64,000 nt of DNA from Bacillota bacterium (GTDB taxonomy: Bacteria > Bacillota > Clostridia > Christensenellales > CAG-138). The translations under genes were made by a program, and so were the position numbers. The notes under the pieces are model-generated. The model ran no database searches. It worked only from the letters and a program-made list of their open reading frames with translations, and was not told the DNA's origin. Shown here in pieces: positions 56,129-64,000 of this stretch (positions within the stretch are counted from its first letter, which is position 1; every line of letters begins with the position of its first letter). The stretch is from positions 48,946-112,945 of the forward strand of contig JAEWCL010000015.1 in NCBI GenBank assembly GCA_023390655.1, read 5' to 3'.

Positions 56129-56956
56129 TCACTCTTTTACCGCGCCCGCCATCAGGCCGGATACGATCTGTTTCTGGAACAGCAGCACAATGAACAGCGT
56201 AGGTATGACGACGATCACAGTCGCCGCCGTAATCTCCCCCCACAGGATGCTGAACTGTGTTCTTAGGGCGTTGATGGCCACAGGGACCGTCTGATAGGCT
56301 TTATCCGCGTTCAATGTGAAGGTCAACAGGTATTCGTTCCAGGAGGCGATAAATGTCATGATGGCGGTGGTGAATACCCCCGGCAGAGCAATCGGGAATA
56401 TCACCTTCCAAAGTGTCTGCCACATGGAGCAGCCGTCGATATGCGCCGCCTCCTCCAGTGAAGGCGGGATGCGCTTAAAATGCGCCACCATGATCCATAC
56501 CGCGGCAGGCAGCGTAATGCTTGAATAGGCGAAGGTGACGCCATAGCTGTTGAGAAGGTCCAGCCTATAAAACATATTGAAGACCGGCCCCACAATGATC
56601 ATCTGCGGGAACATGGAAATGCCGAGGATCAGGCTCATCAAAAGTGCCTTGCCCTTAAAGCGGCAGCGCGCGAGCACATACGCCGAAAGCGACGACACCA
56701 CCGCCACATACGCGGTTGTAGAAAGCGAAACGACAAGGCTGTTCTTGATGGAATTGAGGATGCCCTTATCAATTACCGTCCGGTAATTGTCCAACGTCGG
56801 GTGTTCCGCGAATACATTCAGCGCCGTGGCGCCGAATATCTCCGAAGACGGCTTAAACGATGTGACCGTAATCCAGAAGAACGGGAACATCATGACGGTC
56901 AGCAGCAGGATTACCGCGACGATATAGAGGAACCTCTTAAAGCTCATGGGTTTCAT
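56129..56956 (-). CDS. carbohydrate ABC transporter permease (CUT1)
   Basis: 275-aa polytopic protein with EAA loop LEEAAHIDGCSMWQTLW. Confidence 0.9.
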   Translation of the reverse strand: MKPMSFKRFLYIVAVILLLTVMMFPFFWITVTSFKPSSEIFGATALNVFAEHPTLDNYRTVIDKGILNSIKNSLVVSLSTTAYVAVVSSLSAYVLARCRFKGKALLMSLILGISMFPQMIIVGPVFNMFYRLDLLNSYGVTFAYSSITLPAAVWIMVAHFKRIPPSLEEAAHIDGCSMWQTLWKVIFPIALPGVFTTAIMTFIASWNEYLLTFTLNADKAYQTVPVAINALRTQFSILWGEITAATVIVVIPTLFIVLLFQKQIVSGLMAGAVKE

Positions 56957-56968
56957 GTTTGCACCTCC

Positions 56969-58195
56969 TCAATCGTCCGCGATGAGTTCGGCGCCCAGCA
57001 CCTTGATGAATACAAACGCGATGGCCGCCACGAACAACGCCATGGCGATGACGATCACCGCCCCATAGCCGTAGTTGCTCTGGCCGATCATCAGTTTGTA
57101 CGCATAGATGGAGAGCGTCTCGGTAGCACCGCCCGGCCCGCCGCCCGTCAGCACTGTAATGAGGTCGAACACGCGGAACGCGTCAAGCGTGCGGAACAGA
57201 AGGGCCACCAGCATGGAAGGTTTGAGCATGGGAAGCGTAATGGAGAAAAACGTGCGGGAAGCGCTGGCACCGTCGATCTTTGCGCTTTCATACAGCCCGC
57301 GGTCTATAATCTGCAGCCCTGCGAGCAGCAGCAGCGCCATATAGGGCGTCGTTTTCCAGACGTCTGCGAGTATGGCTGCCGCCATAGCACCGTGGGCGGA
57401 AAGCAACATCATCTGCGGAGATCTGATGAACCCCAGTGAGGCGAACATGTGAGCAACGACCCCGCTGCCGCCATCGTACATATAGCTCCACATCAGGGCG
57501 GAAACGGCGGTCGGGATCGCCCATGGGACAAGCGCCGCCGTGCGCACCGCGCCGATACCCCGCATAGCCTTATTCATAATGAGTGCGAGCAGCATGCCAA
57601 GCGTCAGCTCGAGCGCCACCGAAACAAGGGTAAACAGCATGGTGTGACCCAGCGACTCAAAGAAACGCGTATCCTGCAGCAGCGCGCCATACGCGGCAAG
57701 GCCCGTAAAATTGCTTTTGATGACGCACGAGCGCATCTCGTCTGCAAGAATGCCGATTTTATCCCGGTTGTAGAACGCAACGCCAACGTTCGCGTCGTAC
57801 ACGCGGTTGATGCGCGCCTCGGCGTCGTCAATGTACGATAAAAGCGCTTTCTCGTCCTCCGGGGAGAGTGCAAGGGGCTTTTCCGCATCCTTGTATGTTT
57901 GGAACATCGCCGCAGCTTCCGCCGAAACGGCTTCGAGCTCCGCTTTGTCGGCGCCTTCCACAAGCGTGATCTCATCGTCCAGGTAATAGGTGATGTAATC
58001 GCAATCCTCGGCAAACAGGCGGGCGTTAAAGCGGGTGCTCGTATACAGCCCGGCCGCGGTCTGGTCGTTTGTGCGGTAATCAAAAAAGGAATAGACGACC
58101 GAACAGAGGATGGGATAGAGCGCAAACGCCGCGATTAACAGCAGCAGCGGGATGAGAAATGCCAGCTGTCCCCCCGTGATCCGCTTTTTGACCAT
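56969..58195 (-). CDS. carbohydrate ABC transporter permease (CUT1, MalF-like with large extracytoplasmic loop)
   Basis: A loop of about 140 aa follows TM1. EAA loop LYESAKIDGASASRTFF. Start at ATG 58195 or 58216. Confidence 0.85.
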   Translation of the reverse strand: MVKKRITGGQLAFLIPLLLLIAAFALYPILCSVVYSFFDYRTNDQTAAGLYTSTRFNARLFAEDCDYITYYLDDEITLVEGADKAELEAVSAEAAAMFQTYKDAEKPLALSPEDEKALLSYIDDAEARINRVYDANVGVAFYNRDKIGILADEMRSCVIKSNFTGLAAYGALLQDTRFFESLGHTMLFTLVSVALELTLGMLLALIMNKAMRGIGAVRTAALVPWAIPTAVSALMWSYMYDGGSGVVAHMFASLGFIRSPQMMLLSAHGAMAAAILADVWKTTPYMALLLLAGLQIIDRGLYESAKIDGASASRTFFSITLPMLKPSMLVALLFRTLDAFRVFDLITVLTGGGPGGATETLSIYAYKLMIGQSNYGYGAVIVIAMALFVAAIAFVFIKVLGAELIADD

Positions 58196-58256
58196 ACGCT
58201 TTTCCTTTCCCGGCATGCCCGCACCGTGGCGCGGCCCTGCGCCGGTATATACGGGA

Positions 58257-58280
58257 ACGGGCCCGTATTGCCGGGCCCGT
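58257..58280 (-). other. intercistronic stem-loop 3' of the SBP gene
   Basis: ACGGGCCC(G)...(C)GGGCCCGT inverted repeat between the SBP stop (58392) and the permease start. Confidence 0.4.
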
Positions 58281-58391
58281 CAGGCCATCCATCAAATCTT
58301 TTTTTTGCAGGGCTTCCCCTGCACGCGGTTTCATAGAAAGCCCGCCGTCAAAGCCGTCTTTCGCCTTGGCGGCAGGTATGAAGTGCCCTTC

Positions 58392-59669
58392 CTATTTCCC
58401 GAGCGCGGCGTTGATGGCCGCCACGGTATCCTCTATACTCTGGGAGCCGGAGAGGAATTTGTGCGCGTTTTGCTGGATGGCATCCGAGGTCTTCGCGTAT
58501 TCCGCGGAGACTGGCCTTGCGATGGTGGTCGAAAGTGCGTTCTTGAAGCCTTCCAGCTTGAGCATTTCGTTGCCGGCGAGCACATCGGCATCTTCAAGCA
58601 ACGCGTTGAAGCCGGGCAGGTAGCCGCCCTGCGTGGACATGATCTTCTGGCCCTGCTCGGTAGCGAGGAACTTCATGAAATCCCATGCGCCGTCCTTGTG
58701 CGCGGAGTTCTTGTTCAGCCCCAGCAGCCAGCCGCCGACGGTGGAGCCGCCGGGGAGGGGCGCGATATCCACCTGATCGACCGTTATGGTACCCTCGCTC
58801 TTGATGACGCCCCACTGGTACGGCCAGTTGCGCGCGAATACGCTCTGGCCCTTGACAAAGCTGTTGGCGGTTTCGCCTTCCCGGTAATTGAGGATATCGG
58901 CGGGTACCGCCTTGGAATCCACAAACGCCTTCATGGCTGTGAGACCGCCCTGCACGTTCGTCCAACCGGCGGTGAATTCGGCAAGGTTGCAGACAAGGCC
59001 TTCATACAGCCCGGACTGGAATGCGTAACCGTCCTGGGTATCGCCCTTGCCCTTGTAGCTGTCCGCCATAGCGAGCAGGTCGTCAAACGTATACTTGCCG
59101 CTGACGAGCTTCGCGGCGTCTTCCTGGGAAACGACATCCTTGCGGAAATACATCAGGCCAAGGTCCGGGAAGAACGGCAGCACGTACTGCTTCGCATTGT
59201 AGGAGCCGGACGCCATGGAGCCCGCGTTAAACTGGGAAATCTTAAGGCCCGCGTCCTTCATGAATTGGTCGATGGGTTCGATATAGCCCGCAGCCGCGAA
59301 TTCGCCCGCCCACACAACGTCCATGGAAATGACATCGTAATCCGAGGAACCCGCCTTGAGCGTGGTAATGAGCTGTTCGCGCATGGCGTTGGAATCGTTG
59401 GTCATATCCACCCATTCCACGGTGAATTGATCCTGAGAGGCATTATAAGCGTCGATTACGGCCTGCGTTGCCGGGGTACTGTCCGCCTGCGCGGCGAATT
59501 TAATGGTAACGCGCGGAACTTCTGTAGCTGCGGGCGCCTCAGTGGGGGTTGCGGGGGCTGCCGTGGGCTGGGCAGGCGCCTCCTCGGGCGTGGCCGCGGG
59601 TTGCGCGCAGCCGGTGAAGAGCGTGGCGATCATAAGCAGTACCATCAAAATACCGAGTAACCTTCTCAT
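58392..59669 (-). CDS. ABC transporter extracellular solute-binding lipoprotein (family 1)
   Basis: Trimmed to ATG 59669 (AAGGAGGAG upstream). It has a lipobox (LFTGCAQP), a Pro/Ala/Thr linker and an SBP_bac_1-like body. Confidence 0.9.
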   Translation of the reverse strand: MRRLLGILMVLLMIATLFTGCAQPAATPEEAPAQPTAAPATPTEAPAATEVPRVTIKFAAQADSTPATQAVIDAYNASQDQFTVEWVDMTNDSNAMREQLITTLKAGSSDYDVISMDVVWAGEFAAAGYIEPIDQFMKDAGLKISQFNAGSMASGSYNAKQYVLPFFPDLGLMYFRKDVVSQEDAAKLVSGKYTFDDLLAMADSYKGKGDTQDGYAFQSGLYEGLVCNLAEFTAGWTNVQGGLTAMKAFVDSKAVPADILNYREGETANSFVKGQSVFARNWPYQWGVIKSEGTITVDQVDIAPLPGGSTVGGWLLGLNKNSAHKDGAWDFMKFLATEQGQKIMSTQGGYLPGFNALLEDADVLAGNEMLKLEGFKNALSTTIARPVSAEYAKTSDAIQQNAHKFLSGSQSIEDTVAAINAALGK

Positions 59670-60024
59670 CGTGTTCTCCTCCTTATCATAATTAGGGCGT
59701 ATTGCGCCTTTGCCGCTTTGCCGCGCCGCATGCGGAACATACATGAGACGAACCGTCTTGGCTTTTTTTTTGCACGGGCAGCGTGCCATGCCGGTTTGGC
59801 GCAAAATGATAAACTGTTTGAACAATTGAAAGCAGATTGACTTTCGGCGTAATTGCCGGGCAATTTTAAGAGAAGTGGAACGTCTTTTCAGGAACCGTTT
59901 GCCGATTTTTGCTTGATGAGAAAAGTATACTCATTTTGTTCGGAAAAGCATATCGTAATTTTCATAAAAATATTATAATATTCCTATACTGCTTGTCGAA
60001 CAACCGATAAGGGGGGCGTCCATC

Positions 60025-61215
60025 ATGACGGATACCCGCTCCAGGCTTATGCGTACCTATCATTATGCGACGGGGCTTGCCATCGAATGGTATGAGGATG
60101 ATGTGCCCCGCCAGACTCTGCCCGGCGATGCAATCTGCGCGGGCGCCCTGCTTTTGGGCGGCACCAGGCTTTCCTCCCTTCCTCCTGTCTCCGGCGAGTT
60201 TTTATGCGCACAGTACTTTAACACGCGCTACCACGAGCGGTTTATCTGCCTCCGGCTGAACGAACGGGAGCTGCTGCTGGCAGGCCCGATGCTTAGTGAG
60301 TCCTTGGCCGAAACGGCGATCCTCCGGCTGATCCGAAGTGAAGCGCTTCCGCTCTGGCTCAAGCCCATGCTGACGGAATACTATGCGTCGCTGCCGGTCG
60401 CGGACGACAACCGCTATTATTACTCGGGAAAACTTCTCGAAGCACTTTGCGCTGGTGTGGGGCCCGATGCGGCGCATACCGCCCCCGTCCCGCCGGACGA
60501 TGGCATCCAGAAAAGCTACTTTGAAAACACCTACAGCTACCGTATGAAGCAGTTCCAGCACCCGCCGTACGCGCTGGAGCAGGAAATCTGCCGCCTGATC
60601 GCCAACGGCGATAAAGAAAGCTCCGCAAAAATACTCGCGGAGATCAATGACGCCCCACGCGCCCTGCTGGCAGCGGACCCTGCGCGCTCACTCAAAAACT
60701 CGCTCATTGCAAGCTGCACGTTCATGACGCGCGCGGCCATCTCCGGCGGCGTTTCCCCGGACGAGGCGTTCACCTTGAGCGATGCGTTTATACAGCGCAT
60801 GGAAGCCTGCACCACCATGGAGCAGCTTCTCCCGTTTGAAGGGGAAATGATCCGCGTATTCACCTCCCGCGTCAACCAGCTGTGCAACGCAAAGTATTCG
60901 CAGACGGTGCGGCAGGCGATGACGTATATCGAAAACCACCTGAGCGAACCGATGCGCCTAAGTGAAATCGCGGAGCATGTCTATTTAAACCCGCATTATC
61001 TTTGCGGGCTGTTCAAAAAAGAAACGGGGGAAGCGTTGTTCTCCCATATCCAAAGAAAGCGCGTGGAGGAATCCAAAGCCTTTATCCGGTATTCAAACAG
61101 TACGTTTGCCGAGATCGCCGCGTTTTATCAATTTTGCTCACAGAGCCATTTCGGGGAGGCATTCAAAAAGTACACGAACATGACCCCCGGCGCATACCGC
61201 AACCAGTTCCGGTAA
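60025..61215 (+). CDS. AraC-family transcriptional regulator
   Basis: The C-terminus is a double HTH (MRLSEIAEHVYLNPHYLCGLFKKETG ... FAEIAAFYQFCSQSHFGEAFKKYTNMTPGAYR). It is divergent from the GH65/ABC operon. Confidence 0.8.
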   Translation: MTDTRSRLMRTYHYATGLAIEWYEDDVPRQTLPGDAICAGALLLGGTRLSSLPPVSGEFLCAQYFNTRYHERFICLRLNERELLLAGPMLSESLAETAILRLIRSEALPLWLKPMLTEYYASLPVADDNRYYYSGKLLEALCAGVGPDAAHTAPVPPDDGIQKSYFENTYSYRMKQFQHPPYALEQEICRLIANGDKESSAKILAEINDAPRALLAADPARSLKNSLIASCTFMTRAAISGGVSPDEAFTLSDAFIQRMEACTTMEQLLPFEGEMIRVFTSRVNQLCNAKYSQTVRQAMTYIENHLSEPMRLSEIAEHVYLNPHYLCGLFKKETGEALFSHIQRKRVEESKAFIRYSNSTFAEIAAFYQFCSQSHFGEAFKKYTNMTPGAYRNQFR

Positions 61216-61328
61216 CCCTGCAGCGTAGAGGCCAATAATGGGCTTTACTTCCAATATTCATAAAAATCATGCTATGATAAGGATCCATGATACTATCGAT
61301 CACATCATATAGATCGGAGGGATTTTTC

Positions 61329-61709
61329 ATGATTCCCGGAATACGCCTGGGAAATATTATGGTTGACTGTGACGACGAACAAAAGCTGTGCGAATTCTAT
61401 CACCAATTGCTTGGCTGGGAAAAACGCAAGCTGTTCGGCCGCCCCGCGGTGTGCGGCCCGGATGGGGTTGTTTTTCTGTTTATCGAAGAAACAGGTTATC
61501 TCCCGCCGGTTTGGCCCGAGGAAGCGGCGCAGCAGCAAAAGCAAATGCACTTCGATTTTCAGGTTCCCGATGTCCTGTCGGCAGTTGCATACGCCCAATC
61601 TCTTGGCGCTATAAAAGCGGCGCCGCAATTTGGGGGAAGCGAGTTCGTCACAATGCTCGATCCCGCCGGGCATCCATTCTGCCTGTGCGCACGGGATAAC
61701 ATGGCTTAA
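61329..61709 (+). CDS. VOC (glyoxalase/bleomycin-resistance fold) family protein
   Basis: Trimmed to ATG 61329 (GGAGGGA upstream). 126 aa, with a pattern typical of small VOC proteins: IMVDCDD...FYHQLLGW...HFDFQV...LDPAGHPFCL. Confidence 0.7.
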   Translation: MIPGIRLGNIMVDCDDEQKLCEFYHQLLGWEKRKLFGRPAVCGPDGVVFLFIEETGYLPPVWPEEAAQQQKQMHFDFQVPDVLSAVAYAQSLGAIKAAPQFGGSEFVTMLDPAGHPFCLCARDNMA

Positions 61710-61769
61710 TCGCAATTTGAGTTCCCGGACAGCCCATATCCCGGAAAATATTTGTCAACGCATGACAAC

Positions 61770-61794
61770 AAAGCACCCCGTTAGGGGGTGCTTT
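61770..61794. terminator. bidirectional terminator between the VOC gene and dhaL
   Basis: AAAGCACCCC-GTTAG-GGGGTGCTTT. The minus strand continues GTTGTCAT and the plus strand continues GTACGTT. Confidence 0.6.
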
Positions 61795-61839
61795 GTACGT
61801 TGGCATTCATATCTCTATTGATATTGCTTAGTCCGTTCG

Positions 61840-62469
61840 TTAATTGGCCCGGAACTGCCGGTAGCCTTCCATCAGCAGCGCCGCCACCGCAGCGCCGGGG
61901 TCCAGCAAATCCCTGGAGGCTTCCCCGCGCGCGGCAGCCCTGCCGTGCACGGCTTTCATGCCATGGGTGGCTAAGAAATCCTGCTCGGCCCGTTTTGCGG
62001 CCTGCCCGGCCGCTTGGACTTCATCGGCCCCGCTCTTGGCGGCATCCTCCAGCACGTCCACCGCACCGGCCAAACCGTCTAAAAACGTTTTATCACCCAC
62101 CTGCGCTTTTCCACGCAGCTGAACGCCGTTGAAGAATTCCCGGAACAGGCTCGCCGTCGCCTGCGTATCCAACTCCAGCTGCCCCTTTAAGGCTTTCCCG
62201 GCCTGCATCAGGCCTGAGGCCATCAGCGTCCCCATTGTGGAGGGAACGGCCTCCGACATGGCTTTGCCGGAAAAATAGAGAAGCTTGCCGATATCCGTTT
62301 CACCGTTCCCGCATGCCGCGTTCTTTGCCGCACGGAAGCCGTCGCTCATGGTGAGCCCCAGGTCACCGTCGCCCACAACGCTGTCAAGCCCGATCAGGTA
62401 ATCCCGCTTTTCTTCCATGATGGCAGCCCATATGGAAATCAAACGCCTTATATCCTCTGCCTGTAACAT
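61840..62469 (-). CDS. dhaL: dihydroxyacetone kinase subunit L (ADP-binding)
   Basis: Trimmed to ATG 62469 (AAAGGAG upstream). DSVVGDGDLG motif. 209 aa. Confidence 0.9.
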   Translation of the reverse strand: MLQAEDIRRLISIWAAIMEEKRDYLIGLDSVVGDGDLGLTMSDGFRAAKNAACGNGETDIGKLLYFSGKAMSEAVPSTMGTLMASGLMQAGKALKGQLELDTQATASLFREFFNGVQLRGKAQVGDKTFLDGLAGAVDVLEDAAKSGADEVQAAGQAAKRAEQDFLATHGMKAVHGRAAARGEASRDLLDPGAAVAALLMEGYRQFRAN

Positions 62470-62488
62470 GTCGGCTCCTTTCGATACC

Positions 62489-63499
62489 TTAGAAGGAATG
62501 CTGCTGGAAAAACGGCGTGCAGGCAGCCGTGCGAAGCATCGCCTTGAGTTCATCATCCAACTTGAGCAAAGAGACGGACGCGCCTGCCATTTCCATGGAG
62601 GTGGCATACTCCCCAACATAGACATGGAATACCGAGATGCCTTCTTTTGCGAGAATCTCATGCACTTCCTTATACATGATGTACTGCTCCTCCAGCGGCG
62701 TTGCGCCAAGGCCGTTGATCAGCACCGCCACCTCATCGCCCGCGCAATAGGGGATATCGGCAAGTATCGGCTTCATCAGCTCTGTCACGACTTCCTTTGC
62801 AGAAGCAAGCTTGCCCCGGCGCATGCCTGTCTCGCCGTGGATGCCCATGCCGATTTCCATCTCGTCCTCGCCGATGGAGAAGCCCGGGCGGCCCACCCTG
62901 GGCACGATGCAGGGGCTTAGCGCCACGCCCATCGTCCGCACGTTGTCCGCGGCCTTTTGGGCCACCCGCTTCACTTCGCTGAGGTTCATGCCCTGTGCGG
63001 CTGCAGCACCGGCGCACTTATATACGAAGAAGATGCCGGCAACGCCCCTGCGCGTGTTTTTCCCGTTTACGCTTGCTTCGGAAGCCACATCTTCGCCGAC
63101 CACAACCTGCTCCACGCGGATATCCGCCTCAAACGAGGCCATGTCCGACGCCATATCGAAATTGAAAATATCGCCGTTATAGTTCCCGTAGATGTAGAGC
63201 ACACCCGCGCCCTGATCAATTTCCTTGGTAACGGCAAGCATCTGCTCGGCGCTGGGGGACTGAAACACCTCTCCGATCGCGCAGCCGTCGAGCATGCCGT
63301 CGCCCACATAGCCAAGGAAGAGCGGGAGATGTCCGGAGCCGCCGCCCGTCGCAATGCCCACCTTGTTCTGCGTTTTGCGCTTCGCGACAAGGCACTTTTT
63401 GTCCTCCCCCACATAGCCGAGCATATCGGCATGGGCAAGGTAAATACCATCGAGCATGTCCGGTACAAAGGTTTCGGGTGTATTGAGTATTTTTTTCAT
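62489..63499 (-). CDS. dhaK: dihydroxyacetone kinase subunit K (substrate-binding)
   Basis: Motifs seen: TPETFVPDMLDG, TGGGSGHLPLFLGYVG. 336 aa. Confidence 0.9.
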   Translation of the reverse strand: MKKILNTPETFVPDMLDGIYLAHADMLGYVGEDKKCLVAKRKTQNKVGIATGGGSGHLPLFLGYVGDGMLDGCAIGEVFQSPSAEQMLAVTKEIDQGAGVLYIYGNYNGDIFNFDMASDMASFEADIRVEQVVVGEDVASEASVNGKNTRRGVAGIFFVYKCAGAAAAQGMNLSEVKRVAQKAADNVRTMGVALSPCIVPRVGRPGFSIGEDEMEIGMGIHGETGMRRGKLASAKEVVTELMKPILADIPYCAGDEVAVLINGLGATPLEEQYIMYKEVHEILAKEGISVFHVYVGEYATSMEMAGASVSLLKLDDELKAMLRTAACTPFFQQHSF

Positions 63500-63631
63500 A
63501 GCCTACCTCCACAAAGCGCATAGTTTTGTGATACGAACCATCTTCACTTTATTCTATCAGAGCGGATTCGTATATACTATTTTTTTGAAACGTGGACAAA
63601 TAATTATCCACGTTTCAAATGCGAAATAGCG

Positions 63632-64000
63632 TTACAGGATCACCTGGTTGAATTTCATCTCATCGAGCCTTGCGATCAGCCGCTTGGCCTCATCGCCGCA
63701 TACCGCAACCATGGGCGCGCGCATCTTCTCGGTTTCAATCACGCCCATGTGCTTGAGCATCGCCTTGTAGCAGCCAATGTTGTTGCTTTCGCACAGGATG
63801 CCATTGAGAATATTCGTGCGGCGCTGCACCTTGACCGCCGCCTCCTGGTCGTTGGCGTGGATTGCCTTGGTGATCGCTTCATAGTGTTCGGCCACGATCA
63901 TCGCGTTGCCGGAAACGACGCCCTTGCCGCCCGCGGCCATCACCACCTGGTAGAGATGATCCGGGCCGACCAGCACGTCAAAATCCGGGATGGTCATGAA
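63632..64000 (-). CDS. dihydrodipicolinate synthase/N-acetylneuraminate lyase (DapA) family protein, partial (N-terminus beyond the window)
   Basis: The C-terminal roughly 120 aa are DapA-family-like (GVVSGNAMIVAEHYEAI ... KAMLKHMGVIE). The ORF is open to the window edge. Confidence 0.7.
   Translation of the reverse strand, partial: FMTIPDFDVLVGPDHLYQVVMAAGGKGVVSGNAMIVAEHYEAITKAIHANDQEAAVKVQRRTNILNGILCESNNIGCYKAMLKHMGVIETEKMRAPMVAVCGDEAKRLIARLDEMKFNQVIL

Noticed and set aside
58152-59660. 502-aa plus-strand ORF antisense to the permease 5' end and the solute-binding protein gene
   Set aside because: It is an Arg/Gly/Ala-rich shadow frame of a GC-rich region. The minus-strand genes have clear ABC family features, a lipobox and AAGGAGGAG.
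1-64000. Search by eye for tRNA, rRNA, CRISPR arrays, transposases, integrases, phage genes and known defence systems
   Set aside because: None was recognised. No ORF shows recombinase, transposase, nuclease or defence-type motifs, and no repeat-spacer pattern was seen. A tRNAscan, Infernal or defence-finder run would be needed to be certain.

Overview
This 64-kb chromosomal segment looks like a Gram-positive (Bacillota/Clostridia-like) saccharolytic organism. It has AGGAGG-type RBSs, lipoprotein-type solute-binding proteins (SBPs), a YesM/YesN-type two-component system, and an HPr with both His15 and Ser46. Most of the window is carbohydrate-utilisation operons. (1) 0-8.8 kb: a PucR-type regulator, a class I aldolase, a Zn-dehydrogenase, a complete mannose-family PTS (IIA-IID) and its own HPr and Enzyme I. 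(2) 9-10 kb: an isolated M19 dipeptidase. (3) 10.2-19.3 kb, minus strand: a ribose-type ABC importer, a FucU-like mutarotase, an FGGY kinase, a Zn-dehydrogenase, an aldo/keto reductase and a GatZ/KbaZ-like protein with no GatY partner. (4) 19.6-29.8 kb: a LacI regulator fused to an SBP-like domain, GH31, a CUT1 ABC importer and a YesMN-type two-component system. (5) 29.9-38.6 kb: a serine hydrolase, LacI, a CUT1 ABC importer, a CE2-like esterase and a GH13_18 sucrose-phosphorylase-family enzyme, with two matching palindromic operators. (6) 44.6-50.2 kb: a DUF3798-type ABC importer. (7) 50.4-64 kb, more GC-rich: an LCP protein, an aldo/keto reductase, a class II aldolase remnant, GH65 with a CUT1 ABC importer and an AraC regulator, a VOC protein, DhaK/DhaL and a partial DapA-family lyase. 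The most interesting element is a non-catabolic three-gene module at 39.3-44.2 kb. It encodes an NfrB-like processive GT2 synthase with a C-terminal tandem MshEN-type (c-di-GMP-binding) motif, a polytopic GT-C/PMT-like membrane protein, and a UDP-GlcNAc 2-epimerase. I read this as a c-di-GMP-gated exopolysaccharide system of unusual composition. I recognised no rRNA, tRNA, CRISPR array, transposase or integrase. All family assignments come from reading motifs by eye. No database search was run.
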